Source: Terriglobia bacterium
GTDB taxonomy: Bacteria > Acidobacteriota > Terriglobia > 2-12-FULL-54-10
Direction of reading: 5' to 3'
Assembly: GCA_963666975.2 (NCBI GenBank)
Contig: CAXVYR010000004.1
Coordinates: 288,001-352,000, forward strand
DNA length: 64,000 bases
A model generated the notes under the pieces. The model saw only the letters and a list, made by a program, of their open reading frames with translations, ran no database searches and was not told the DNA's origin. The translations under genes and the position numbers were made by a program. Below, piece after piece: positions 39,329 to 49,586 of this stretch (position 1 is its first letter; each line of letters starts with the position of its first letter).

Positions 39329-40989
39329 ATGGCAACGTCCCGGGGAGTCACCACAGGTGGTCTGCCCCCGGACCTGCTTCTCACGGCCGCCAGGCGGCTC
39401 GGAGCCATCTGCCTAATCTACGCCTTCGCCTTCTTCATGGCGGGCATATTTCCGCTGCTGGTTCTCGGGAGCTGAGCTCCGAGGCGACCCGGGACTTCGC
39501 CCAGAGGTACTTCGCCCAGAGGTTGGCCGTCGGGTGGTGGGTCGGAGCGTTTTCGATCGCTTTGTCTCTAATCGTATTTGGTATCTCCAGGAGCCGGCGC
39601 ATCCCAGTAACCACGCTCCTGAACATCGGGCTGATCTTCGAGGTAACGGGCAGCTTCGGCATTGCCCTTGCCGAGTACTGGGGGATACTCAACCAGACCG
39701 TGGTGTCATCGATGGAGATGGAGGGGCTTGGCCTGTCCTGGGTGGCGGTCTGGATGATCGTGTTCGCGGTCGTGATCCCGACCCGGCCGGGAAGAGCGCT
39801 CGTTGCCGCGCTTGCGTCGGGCGCCGCCGTTCCGATCACGGTCGCCCTGACGATTCAGTATGGCGGAACACTCCTCCGAATCACGCCCAGTGAATTCTTC
39901 TTCGTTTTTATCCTACCGTATCTGATCTGCACGGTGATGGCCTACGCGTCCGCGCGTATCATCTACCGGCTCGGGACCGACGTGCAGCGCGCCCGCGAGA
40001 TGGGAAGCTACCGGCTGGAGGAGCGCATAGGCCAGGGCGGCATGGGCGAGGTCTGGCTAGCGAGGCACCGGATGCTGGCGCGACCGGCGGCTGTCAAGCT
40101 CATTCGGGCCAGCCATCTGGGCGCGGAGGGAGAGGACGCAGGGCGGACGGTGCTCAAGCGCTTCGGACAGGAGGCTCAGGCGACGGCCGCCTTGCGCTCT
40201 CCACACACGATCGAGGTGTACGACTTTGGGCTCTCCGATGACGGCACGTTCTATTACGTCATGGAGTTGCTCGACGGGATGGACCTCGACACGCTGGTGA
40301 AGCGCTACGGACCACAGCCGCCCGAGCGCGTCGTCCATATCCTGCGACAAGCCTGTCACTCGCTCCACGAGGCGCACGACGTGGGCCTCATCCATCGCGA
40401 CATCAAGCCGGCTAATCTGTTCATCTGCCGCTACGGCTCCGACCTGGACTTCGTGAAGGTGCTGGACTTCGGGCTTGTCTCGGAGCGCTCCCGAAGCGCC
40501 AGCGACGAAACCAAGCTGACGCGAGAGGGAACGGTCGTCGGCTCTCCCGCCTTCATGCCGCCCGAGATGGCACTTACGGAGCATCCTGTGGAAGGGCGTG
40601 TGGACCTGTACGCGCTGGGATGCGTGGCCTACTGGCTGCTCACCGGATCCCTGGTCTTCGAGTCGGATTCACCCATGGAGATGATCGTCAAGCATGCGCG
40701 GGACACGCCAGAGCCGCCCTCGGCCCGAAGCGAGCTCGACATCCCGGAAGCGCTGGATCGCATCGTGATGGCATGCCTGGAGAAGGATCCGGCGAGACGG
40801 CCGCAGACGGCGCGCGAACTCTCCGACCGACTTGCTGAGCTGCAGCTCGATCCATTGTGGACGGAAGCGCGAATGAGCCTCTGGTGGGAAGCGTACGCGC
40901 CGCAGGTACGTTCGAGCAGCTCCCAGCAAAGCGAAAGCCCGGGAGCTGCGCCTTCCGCTCGAGGGGCCTTGCTGCTCGGGCCGAAGTGA
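39329..40989 (+). CDS. Membrane-anchored Hanks-type Ser/Thr protein kinase, with a frameshift near 39465
   Basis: GQGGMGEV, AVK, HRDIKPAN, DFG, GSPAFMPPE; TM-rich N-terminus; upstream ATG 39329 frame (LPPDLL...LIYAFAFFMAG) is one base out of frame with the 39523 ORF. Confidence 0.85.
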
Positions 40990-41171
40990 GACGGCCCGAC
41001 AATCCCGGTCAGGTCAGTAACCTGATCTCACAAGCCCCTGCACCATGCCAATCGTCGTTAACACTGGACCAGTCAACCAAAAGACAGGGCGCCGATTAAT
41101 GTTGGGTGCGACCGCTGGATCACTGTAACCGCGACCAAATCGTAAAACCACTTTGGAATGTGAAAATGGAA

Positions 41172-41225
41172 ATGCAGATTCCATACTTCATCGTGGTCAG
41201 ATTCAATGTAACGCCGGATTTCCAT
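41172..41225 (-). pseudogene. N-terminal remnant of a GNAT acetyltransferase
   Basis: GGAG RBS then MEIRRYIESDHDEVWNLH, 40 nt after the modC stop. Confidence 0.5.
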
Positions 41226-41265
41226 TACTCCAACTTGGCGGTATGCAACCCATACAACAGGCTGC

Positions 41266-42438
41266 CTACTCCGCCTGCTCCCCAAACACATGGATGAAGG
41301 CCTTGGGGAAGGTAACCAGCCAGTCCTTCTGCTTGGCAACGCCCATCCTTTTGTAGACCAAGCGGGTGATCTCGCTCTCAATCTGAATCGGCGGGTTGCC
41401 GTCTGCTGAGGCGGCTTCTGTTTGAACGCGGAGCAGTAGACGGACCGCCGTAGGCGTGGAAACTTCCTCGACCACCCGGACCGGAATCCTGTTTTCGCCG
41501 CCGATCTCGTCCCCCCTCGCACCTCCTCCCTCGCCTTGGGCCGCGCCGGGGTGCGCCAGCAGGACGTGCTGGTGGGGAATACAAAACGAGACACGGTCGC
41601 CACGGAGCCGCCCGGGCAGGTAGGGCACCGTCACGGAAAACAACGCGGTGCGAATGCGGGAGCAGTCCGCCGCCGAGTCCAGTTCCTCCACCGTGCCGGT
41701 GAAAATATTGGATATGCCGAGCAACCGCGCCACAGCAGCGTTCTGTGGATGGTAAAACACTTCGTCGGGCACCCCACGTTGAACGATCCTTCCCGCTTGA
41801 TAGACGACCATCCGGTCGGCCAGAACAAATCCTTCGGTCACATCGTGCGTGACCAGGAGAATTGGAATGCGATACTTCTGCCGAATGCTGCGGAGAACCG
41901 AGTAAAAGTCCATGCGGAGTTGATAATCGAGACCCCGCACCGGCTCATCGAGCAACAACAGCCGGGGCTGCGCGATCAGCGCGCGCGCAATTGAAGCCCG
42001 CTGCTTCTCTCCGCCGGAAAGGTCCAGGGGCCGACGGTTGGCTAAAGCCGTCAGGCCAAACACTTCCATCATTTCGTGGAGCCGGCGATGTCTCTCCAGG
42101 CCCGGCAGCCGCTTGATGCCAAAAGCCAGGTTCTGCTCCACCGTCATGTGCGGAAACAGCGCATAGCTCTGAAAGACGTAGCCGATGCCCCGGCGCTGCG
42201 GAGGCAGGCAGATGCGGCTCCCGGCGTCAAATAAGATTTCATCGTTCAGCAGAATCCGTCCGTGGTCCGGGCGCAGGAAACCGGCGAGCGAATCGAGCGT
42301 CAGGCTCTTGCCGGAACCGCTTGATCCAAACAGGACCGTGACGCCTGCTTCGCACTCCAGGCTGACATCCAAGTCAAAACCCGGAGAGGGCACGGCGGCG
42401 GGAAGGTGCTTCCGAATTGTCAGTTCTAACAGAGCCAT
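41266..42438 (-). CDS. modC: Molybdate ABC transporter ATP-binding subunit
   Basis: GSSGSGKS, LSGGEKQR, LLLDEP, VTHD; follows modAB. Confidence 0.9.
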   Translation of the reverse strand: MALLELTIRKHLPAAVPSPGFDLDVSLECEAGVTVLFGSSGSGKSLTLDSLAGFLRPDHGRILLNDEILFDAGSRICLPPQRRGIGYVFQSYALFPHMTVEQNLAFGIKRLPGLERHRRLHEMMEVFGLTALANRRPLDLSGGEKQRASIARALIAQPRLLLLDEPVRGLDYQLRMDFYSVLRSIRQKYRIPILLVTHDVTEGFVLADRMVVYQAGRIVQRGVPDEVFYHPQNAAVARLLGISNIFTGTVEELDSAADCSRIRTALFSVTVPYLPGRLRGDRVSFCIPHQHVLLAHPGAAQGEGGGARGDEIGGENRIPVRVVEEVSTPTAVRLLLRVQTEAASADGNPPIQIESEITRLVYKRMGVAKQKDWLVTFPKAFIHVFGEQAE

Positions 42439-42508
42439 TCCCTGCTCCGTTTGCGCGCGGGGCCGTCCCGCCTGTGGCATACGGTGAGCCGTTGCCGCAG
42501 GCGCCGGA

Positions 42509-43189
42509 CTAGAGCAATCGCTCGCCCTGCAGGCGGTTTGTCCAGTAAAGAATGCCGATGGCGAGCGCGGAGATGATCAATACCATCAAGTTGGCGAGCA
42601 ATGTGTCGCCCGACTGCACGGCATCATAGATGGCGACCGCCATGGTCTGTGTCTTGCCGGGGATGTTACCGGCAATCATGATGGTCACTCCGAAATCCCC
42701 CAGCGCCCTGGCAAAAGCAAAAACCGTTGCTGCCAGGATGGAGCGACGCGCCAAAGGCAATGTTACTTGAAAAAAGATGCGCCATTCCGACGCTCCCAGC
42801 GTGCGGGCGGCGTTCTCCATATTGTGGTCCACGCTCTCCAGCGCCGCCCTCGCCGACTTCACCAACAGTGGAATGCTATGCAATGTGGCGGCGACCACCG
42901 CGGCCTGCCACGTGAACACCAGCGGGGAACCGAAAACCGCCTCGAAGCCGCGCCCGATGAAGGTATCGCGGCCTAACAGCACTAATAGGTAATAGCCCAG
43001 GACCGTCGGCGGCAGGACAATAGGCAGCGTCACCAGCGCATCCAAAGCCTCCCGGCCACGGAAACGATACCGCGCCAGGATGTAGGCCAGGGCCAGCCCT
43101 GCGCCCAGCGAGATAGCCGTCGCCAGGATGGCAACCCGCAGGGACAGCCACAGGGGAAACCAGTCGATTTGGTGAAACGCGCTGGGCAT
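42509..43189 (-). CDS. modB: Molybdate ABC transporter permease
   Basis: LPIVLPPTVLGY, ARTLGAS, FARALGDFG, GNIPGKTQT. Confidence 0.93.
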   Translation of the reverse strand: MPSAFHQIDWFPLWLSLRVAILATAISLGAGLALAYILARYRFRGREALDALVTLPIVLPPTVLGYYLLVLLGRDTFIGRGFEAVFGSPLVFTWQAAVVAATLHSIPLLVKSARAALESVDHNMENAARTLGASEWRIFFQVTLPLARRSILAATVFAFARALGDFGVTIMIAGNIPGKTQTMAVAIYDAVQSGDTLLANLMVLIISALAIGILYWTNRLQGERLL

Positions 43190-43340
43190 CGTTAGGATTT
43201 AATGGACAGCGGATTTAGTGGACAGTCATCCGCAGCGGGACCGGTTCCGTAAAAGTTCGTCCCACCCGTCGAGTTGCTCCGGGAAGATTATAGCCCAATC
43301 AGAAAATCAGAAAGGGAGATGGTGTTTTTCTTCCGCTTCC

Positions 43341-44093
43341 TCATGGCAGGCCAAACCCATACGCTTCGAGAATTCGCATGGCTTCCACGGTCGAAAGGAA
43401 TTCGACGAACGCCCAGGCGGCCTGTTTGTTTTCCGACCTCTTCAGGACGGCAGCAGTCTGCTCAATGGGACGATGAAGGCTCTGGTCGATTAGAAGATAG
43501 GGGCGGTCAGCGTCCTGCACCAAAGCGACCGCAACCAGCGCCGCCTCCGCATTGTTCGTCTCCGCCATCTGAAAGGCATGCGCCACACTTTCCCCATAAA
43601 CCAGTTTAGGCTGAAGCGCTTGCCATAATCCTGACGCCTGCAAGGCCTCTTGCGCTGCCATTCCATAGGGGGCAAAACGAGGATTGGCAACGGCAACGCG
43701 CCTGATTCGGTCTTCCCTGAACTCCTCCAACGACTCCAGCTCAAACTGCCGGGACCAGGCTGCCAGTCGCCCCAGAGCGAATAGTTGCGCCTGCCCCTCT
43801 ACAAATCCATCCCGCTCCAGGGCTTGACTAAAGGAACGCGCAGCCGGGACATATACGTCGAAAGGAGCGCCCTGTCGAATCTGTTGTTCCAGTTGCCCGG
43901 AAGAAGCAAAGCTGAAAGTAACTTCCCCTGCACCGGAACGCTGAAAAGCAACCTCCAGAGGACGGCTGACTTTCAGCAGGTTGGCAGCAGCGGCGACCAA
44001 AACCGGGGGGTTTTCTCCACCATTTCTGCTAGAACAGCCAACAGAGCTTAAGATAAAAATAACAATAAGAAGACTAATAATTTTACGCATCAT
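43341..44093 (-). CDS. modA: Molybdate ABC transporter substrate-binding lipoprotein
   Basis: Lipobox-like SVGC, AAAANL, ASSGQLEQQI..GAPFDV, ANPRFAPYG. Confidence 0.9.
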   Translation of the reverse strand: MMRKIISLLIVIFILSSVGCSSRNGGENPPVLVAAAANLLKVSRPLEVAFQRSGAGEVTFSFASSGQLEQQIRQGAPFDVYVPAARSFSQALERDGFVEGQAQLFALGRLAAWSRQFELESLEEFREDRIRRVAVANPRFAPYGMAAQEALQASGLWQALQPKLVYGESVAHAFQMAETNNAEAALVAVALVQDADRPYLLIDQSLHRPIEQTAAVLKRSENKQAAWAFVEFLSTVEAMRILEAYGFGLP

Positions 44094-44151
44094 TATGAAA
44101 ATAAATATGATATAATTTATCCATCTAACACGCTCGGAAATTCTCAAACAA

Positions 44152-44181
44152 CTTGACAATCTCCCACTCAACTATTATACT
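44152..44181 (+). promoter_or_regulatory. dnaK promoter with overlapping HAIR-like (HspR) operator
   Basis: TTGACA(44153)-17nt-TATACT(44176); CTTGACA-N7-ACTCAAC vs HAIR consensus CTTGAGT-N7-ACTCAAG. Confidence 0.7.
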
Positions 44182-44283
44182 ACTTTATGACTAAAGGCGG
44201 AAAGACCGCCTAGACGCTAGGCAGTTGCTGCAATTGTTTCCAACATTGCGAAATGCCACACAGAATTGAGGAGGCTCGGCAAA

Positions 44284-46221
44284 ATGGCAAAGCTTATAGG
44301 CATAGACCTCGGAACCACGAATTCCGTGGTAGCTGCAATGGAAGGCGGTGAGGCAAAAGTAATTCCCAACGCCGAGGGGAGCCGGACAACGCCCTCCGTC
44401 GTTGCATTCGCCAAAAGCGGCGAGCGGTTGGTCGGGCAGGTCGCCAAGCGCCAAGCGATCACCAATCCTGAGAATACCATATATTCCATCAAGCGATTCA
44501 TGGGTCGCCAGTACCTGGAAGTTTCCGAAGAGATGAAGATGGTGCCCTACCGTGTGGCACAAGCGCCCAACGGAGACGTCCGTGTATTAGTGAACGACGG
44601 CAAGAAGGACCTGGCCCCGCCGGAGATCGCTGCCATGATTTTGCAGAAGATGAAGCAGTCCGCCGAGGATTACCTGGGAGATAAGGTCACCCAGGCAGTG
44701 CTCACCGTTCCCGCTTATTTCAACGACAGCCAGCGGCAGGCCACAAAGGACGCAGGCGCGATTGCCGGGCTGGAAGTATTGCGCATCGTGAACGAGCCTA
44801 CGGCAGCGGCGCTGGCCTACGGCCTGGACCGGCAGAAGGACGAGACCATTGCGGTCTACGACTTCGGGGGCGGCACGTTTGACATTTCAATTTTAGAGGT
44901 AGGGGAAGGCGTGGTGGAGGTAAAGTCCACCAACGGCGACACGCACCTGGGAGGCGACAATCTCGACCATCGGATCATCGAGTGGATTGTCGAAGAATTC
45001 AAAAAGGACCAGGGTATTGACCTTGCGAAGGACAAAATGGCCTTGCAGCGCCTCAAGGAAGCAGCGGAAAAGGCCAAGATGGAGCTCTCCTCGGTTGCAG
45101 AGACTGACATCAACCTGCCGTTCATTACAGCCGACGCGAGCGGCCCGAAGCACTTAAGCCTCCGGCTGAGCCGTGCCAAGTTCGAGCAGTTGGTGGAGGA
45201 CATCCTGCAACGGTCGGTGGGACCTTGCCAGCAGGCTTTGCAAGACGCCAACTTAAAGCCATCCGACATCAACGAGGTGGTATTGGTCGGCGGGTCCACG
45301 CGCATCCCGCGGGTCCAGCAAATTGTTCGCGAGCTGTTCGGCAGGGACCCTCACAAGGGAGTGAACCCGGATGAGGTGGTGGCCGTGGGCGCTGCCATTC
45401 AGGCCGGAGTGCTGGGCGGCGAAGTGAAAGACCTGCTGCTGCTCGATGTAACTCCGCTCACGCTCGGCATCGAGACGCTGGGAGGAGTGCGGACGGCGCT
45501 GATTGAGCGCAACACCACAATCCCCACCCGGAAGACCGAAATTTTCTCCACGGCGGCTGACACCCAGACCTCCGTGGAGATCCACGTGCTCCAGGGCGAG
45601 CGCGCCATGGCCCGCGACAACCGGACCCTCGGCAAATTCCAACTGATAGGAATCCCGCCCGCGCCGCGCGGGGTGCCGCAGATCGAAGTCACCTTCGACA
45701 TTGACGCCAACGGCATCGTGCACGTAACGGCGAAGGATATGGGAACCGGCAAGCAACAAGACATTACCATCACTGCTTCCAGCGGCCTCAGCAATGATGA
45801 AGTGCAGCGCATGCAATCGGAGGGGCAGGCGCACTCCGAGGAAGACCGTCTGCACCGCGACGAGGCAGAAGCCAGGAACCGAGCCGACTCGTTGCTTTAC
45901 AACACAGAGAAACTGCTCAATGAGAACCGCGAGAAGGTCTCAGCGGAAGATGCGCAGGAGATTGAATCCGCCATCGAACAAACCAAACAGGCCCTGAACG
46001 CAGGCAAGACGGATGAGATCAACCAAGCGGCGGAGCGTCTGACCAAGGCCACCCACAAACTGGCCGAGGCCATGTACCAGCAGGCCAGCAGCGAGCCGGG
46101 TCCGGACGCCTCGACCCCTCCGGAAGCAAGCGATTCGGGAACCGGCGAGGCCGGCACGAAAGAGGAAGGCGAGGTAATTGACGCAGAATTCGTAGATGCC
46201 GATGAGGATAAGGACAAGTAA
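44284..46221 (+). CDS. dnaK: Chaperone DnaK
   Basis: [40 protein letters not shown]. Confidence 0.98.
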   Translation: MAKLIGIDLGTTNSVVAAMEGGEAKVIPNAEGSRTTPSVVAFAKSGERLVGQVAKRQAITNPENTIYSIKRFMGRQYLEVSEEMKMVPYRVAQAPNGDVRVLVNDGKKDLAPPEIAAMILQKMKQSAEDYLGDKVTQAVLTVPAYFNDSQRQATKDAGAIAGLEVLRIVNEPTAAALAYGLDRQKDETIAVYDFGGGTFDISILEVGEGVVEVKSTNGDTHLGGDNLDHRIIEWIVEEFKKDQGIDLAKDKMALQRLKEAAEKAKMELSSVAETDINLPFITADASGPKHLSLRLSRAKFEQLVEDILQRSVGPCQQALQDANLKPSDINEVVLVGGSTRIPRVQQIVRELFGRDPHKGVNPDEVVAVGAAIQAGVLGGEVKDLLLLDVTPLTLGIETLGGVRTALIERNTTIPTRKTEIFSTAADTQTSVEIHVLQGERAMARDNRTLGKFQLIGIPPAPRGVPQIEVTFDIDANGIVHVTAKDMGTGKQQDITITASSGLSNDEVQRMQSEGQAHSEEDRLHRDEAEARNRADSLLYNTEKLLNENREKVSAEDAQEIESAIEQTKQALNAGKTDEINQAAERLTKATHKLAEAMYQQASSEPGPDASTPPEASDSGTGEAGTKEEGEVIDAEFVDADEDKDK

Positions 46222-46279
46222 CGCTGGACCTACCTCGCTTGCACCGTGCGGTTGAAAATGAACCGTTGAGGCATAACCT

Positions 46280-47416
46280 ATGACGGGCGAGAACGATTTC
46301 TACAAGCTGCTGGGCGTCAGCCGGAAAGCCAAACCGGAGGAGATCCGGAAGGCTTACAAGCGCCTGGCCCGGAAGTTCCATCCGGATGTGAATCCCGGCG
46401 ACAAGAGCGCTGAGGACCGCTTCAAGAAGGTCTCGGAAGCCTATGACGTGCTGAGCGATCCTAAAAAGCGGCAGATGTACGACCGTCTCGGCTACTACAG
46501 CGAAGCAGGATTCCAACCCGGAGAGGCAAATCCCGGGGGCAGGCGGCCCGTCGATTTTTCAGGCTTTGATTTTTCTGATTTGCGGGGAGCCGGAACAGGC
46601 TTCGGCGGAGGCGGCGTCCGGGACATCTTCTCCCAGTTGTTCGGCCGCGGCGAGCCCCCGCCGCAGCGTCCGGAGCCGGGTAACAACCTGGAATACCAGG
46701 CAACCATCGGTTTCTGGGACGCCATCCGGGGGACCTCCGTGCGGCTGAACATCCTGCGCCAAAGAAACTGTCCCGCCTGCAGCGGGAAAGGAACCACTGG
46801 GAAAGAGCAGCTTTGCCCGGAGTGCAAAGGCAGCGGAAGCGCCGACAAAACAATGGCGAACCTGCGGTTCAACGTCGCCTGCACGCGGTGCCAAGGAACC
46901 GGCAGATTGCAGGACGTGTGCGCCCCTTGCAGAGGGGAAGGACGTTTGTCCGAACCGGAGTCGCTGGAGGTGCGTATCCCGGTCGGCGTGCAGGACGGAT
47001 ACCGTGTCCGGGTTCCCGGCAAGGGGAACAGCGGAACGCAGGGAGGCCCGCGGGGGGACCTCTACATCATCACCAAAGTAACCCCCCATCCCTTCTTCGC
47101 ACGCAAGGGAGATGACATCTATACGGTAATCCCATTGACGGTGCCCGAAGCAGCGCTGGGAGCCAAGGTGGAGGTTCCCACCATCGAGAATGTACGCGCC
47201 TTGCTGAAGATTCCTCCCGGCACTCCCAGCGGCCAAAAGTTCCGTCTGCGGGAAAAAGGCGTAACCTCCCTGAAAAGCGGCAAGCGGGGGGACCAGTATG
47301 TGGAAGTGCGTATCCACATACCCAAGATTGCAGATGAACGGTCCAAAGAAATCCTGCGGGAGTTTTCTCATCTCAATCCGGAGAATCCCCGCAACGACCT
47401 CTACCGGCAGCTTTAG
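46280..47416 (+). CDS. dnaJ: Chaperone DnaJ
   Basis: J domain with HPD, four CxxCxGxG repeats. Confidence 0.94.
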   Translation: MTGENDFYKLLGVSRKAKPEEIRKAYKRLARKFHPDVNPGDKSAEDRFKKVSEAYDVLSDPKKRQMYDRLGYYSEAGFQPGEANPGGRRPVDFSGFDFSDLRGAGTGFGGGGVRDIFSQLFGRGEPPPQRPEPGNNLEYQATIGFWDAIRGTSVRLNILRQRNCPACSGKGTTGKEQLCPECKGSGSADKTMANLRFNVACTRCQGTGRLQDVCAPCRGEGRLSEPESLEVRIPVGVQDGYRVRVPGKGNSGTQGGPRGDLYIITKVTPHPFFARKGDDIYTVIPLTVPEAALGAKVEVPTIENVRALLKIPPGTPSGQKFRLREKGVTSLKSGKRGDQYVEVRIHIPKIADERSKEILREFSHLNPENPRNDLYRQL

Positions 47417-47451
47417 GCGGGAGAAACAGCGGAGAGCGAACAGGAAACGGT

Positions 47452-47841
47452 ATGGCCAAGCGGAAACAAGCCGCCTACATGATCTCCGCCATCGCGGAAA
47501 CTTACGGGATTCACCCGCAGACGCTGCGGATGTACGAACGCGAGGGGCTCCTGAAGCCTTCCCGCACGGAAGGGAACACGCGCCTGTACACGGAACAGGA
47601 CATCGAACGGCTGGAACTCATCCTGAGCCTGACCCGCGACATGGGCGTCAACCTGGCCGGTGTGGAGGTGGTGCTGAACATGCGGGAGAAGATGGAAAAG
47701 ATGCATCGGCAGATGGAAGAGTTCGTTAACATGGTTCAGCGGGAATTGCTGAGCCGGCAAACGGCGCATCAGGAGATCAAAAATGCGCTGGTGCGCTTTG
47801 TGCCTCCCCGCGTCTCACGAGTCAACCGCAAAAAGAGCTAG
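47452..47841 (+). CDS. hspR: MerR-family heat-shock repressor, HspR-like
   Basis: YMISAIAE..GIHPQTLRMYEREGLLKPSRTEGNTRLY...GVNLAG, downstream of dnaK-dnaJ. Confidence 0.85.
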   Translation: MAKRKQAAYMISAIAETYGIHPQTLRMYEREGLLKPSRTEGNTRLYTEQDIERLELILSLTRDMGVNLAGVEVVLNMREKMEKMHRQMEEFVNMVQRELLSRQTAHQEIKNALVRFVPPRVSRVNRKKS

Positions 47842-47895
47842 CTCTCCGGCCGCAGGCTGTTTACAAAATCGGCGTCTGATCAAGTTGGATAGTTC

Positions 47896-48603
47896 ATGAA
47901 TTTTCTTGAGGCCAAGCCTCCCATACGATTGGTGATCTTTGACCTGGACGGCACGCTCGTCGATTCGGCGGCGGACCTGCGCCTGAGCGTGAACGCCACG
48001 CTGCACCACATGGGCCGGAGACCGCTCGATGAGGAGACGATCTATTCCTATGTCGGCAAGGGCGCTCCGCTTCTCATCCGCCGGGCGCTCGGAGAAGGAA
48101 CCTCCGATGAGGAGGCCGCGCGCGGCCTGCGATTTTTCCTGCGGTATTACTGGGATCACAAACTCGACAATACGACGCTCTATCCCGGAGCGCGGAAAAC
48201 CCTGGAATGGCTGGCCAACGGCGCGGTCCCTCGCCGGCGCGTCCTGGGCGTGCTGACCAACAAGCCGGCAAACGTCAGCAGAGACATGCTAGAAGACCTG
48301 GACCTGATGCACCTGTTCCGGTTTGTATACGGGGGCGACAGCTTTGCAAACAAGAAGCCCCACCCGGAGGGCGTCGAGAGCATCCTTGCCGACACCGGCA
48401 TACCGGCTTCGGAAGCCATAATCGTGGGCGATTCCGACGTGGACATTGCGGCGGGCGCGAACGCGGGCATCTGGACCTGCGGCGTCACCTACGGCTTCGG
48501 GGACCTCCGCCTCAAGGGAAACCCTCCCGATCTGGTAGTCCACAAACTGCCCGAACTCGCCGAGGCGCTTCAGGTAGAGAATCCATCATCCAAAGAAAGA
48601 TGA
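47896..48603 (+). CDS. HAD hydrolase, phosphoglycolate-phosphatase-like
   Basis: FDLDGTLVDS, TNK, KKPHP, VGDSDVD. Confidence 0.88.
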   Translation: MNFLEAKPPIRLVIFDLDGTLVDSAADLRLSVNATLHHMGRRPLDEETIYSYVGKGAPLLIRRALGEGTSDEEAARGLRFFLRYYWDHKLDNTTLYPGARKTLEWLANGAVPRRRVLGVLTNKPANVSRDMLEDLDLMHLFRFVYGGDSFANKKPHPEGVESILADTGIPASEAIIVGDSDVDIAAGANAGIWTCGVTYGFGDLRLKGNPPDLVVHKLPELAEALQVENPSSKER

Positions 48604-48613
48604 AGCTCAGAAA

Positions 48614-48991
48614 TCACAATGCCCGTGCAAACTCCTGCGGGTCGCGTTTTTCCCTTGCCATCACAAAGCTGATCTTCACTTTCTGATTCAATGCTGCTGC
48701 CACCCTTTGCAACATCGTAAGGGAATGCCGCTCATAATCCGCATCTTCCAGCCGGGCAATGACCGGCTGCTGGGTGCCGATTCGCTTCGCAAGCTCTTTC
48801 TGCGTGAGGCCAGCCTTGGTCCTGGCCTGATAGATCGTGTGAGCGATGTGGGCATTTAGCTTCTCCTCGGCAATCATTTCTCGCAGTTCGGGGTTATCCC
48901 CTGTTATGCGATGGATGATCTTTAGAGCGTCCGATTGCTTGCCTTCTTTTCGCTCATCCTTGGTAAGTGTAGACTTTCTGGTTTTTCTCAT
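48614..48991 (-). CDS. XRE-HTH antitoxin (HigA-like)
   Basis: AGLTQKELAKRIGTQQPVIARLEDADY. Confidence 0.87.
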   Translation of the reverse strand: MRKTRKSTLTKDERKEGKQSDALKIIHRITGDNPELREMIAEEKLNAHIAHTIYQARTKAGLTQKELAKRIGTQQPVIARLEDADYERHSLTMLQRVAAALNQKVKISFVMAREKRDPQEFARAL

Positions 48992-49334
48992 AAAGTTTCT
49001 TCCGTTTGATCGCTCGCTGAAGGTCTGTGCTTGGAACACGACCCTCCTTCGTGAGCCCGTGGGCAAGCACCACGAGATTCTGCCCGTGAAAGAAGTACAG
49101 GATGCGGTAGTTTACGCGCCCGTGCTTTGCCCTGAGTTCATAAATCCCATTTCGCAGGTAATCTACCAACGGTCGCTTTAGCTCATAGCCGAATGATGCC
49201 AGCCGGTCGATCACGACGACACACTTTGCATACCCTCTCCGGTCCTTCCTTCGCAACTCTTCCAGCCAATTCATCACCGGCGCTTTCCCATCAGCCTCTT
49301 GGAAGAAAACCAGTCGCGTTGGCGGCAAATGCAC
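48954..49334 (-). CDS. Type II TA toxin, RelE/HigB (Gp49-like) family
   Basis: GKAPV..WL, LKRP, YLRNGIYELR, YRILYFF, HGLTKE. Confidence 0.88.
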   Translation of the reverse strand: MHLPPTRLVFFQEADGKAPVMNWLEELRRKDRRGYAKCVVVIDRLASFGYELKRPLVDYLRNGIYELRAKHGRVNYRILYFFHGQNLVVLAHGLTKEGRVPSTDLQRAIKRKKLYEKNQKVYTYQG

Positions 49335-49586
49335 CTCTGGTTGGTTATAACGAGACTGCAATTTAATTATAACAAAATTGCTATTCTATAAATCAAGATT
49401 TTGGTCTTCTGAAAAGTTGAAAACGTCAGACGCCCAAATAGAGCCCTAAAACAGGAGGAAAGGAATCCTCCAATCCGGCAGAAGTGATACAATTCCGCCT
49501 TGCCGGATGTTCAGGGAGTTTACTTTGTAAATTTCGCCTCCCTAAGCAATGGGCAAAACGCCCGTCTTTCTAACCAGTCACTCATT

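Noticed and set aside
39472-39476. TGA recoding (selenocysteine/readthrough) in the kinase N-terminus
   Set aside because: The downstream coding sequence is in a different frame, so readthrough would not restore the protein.
44105-44132. ModE box upstream of modA
   Set aside because: AT-rich with only loose resemblance and imperfect spacing; no modE in the window.
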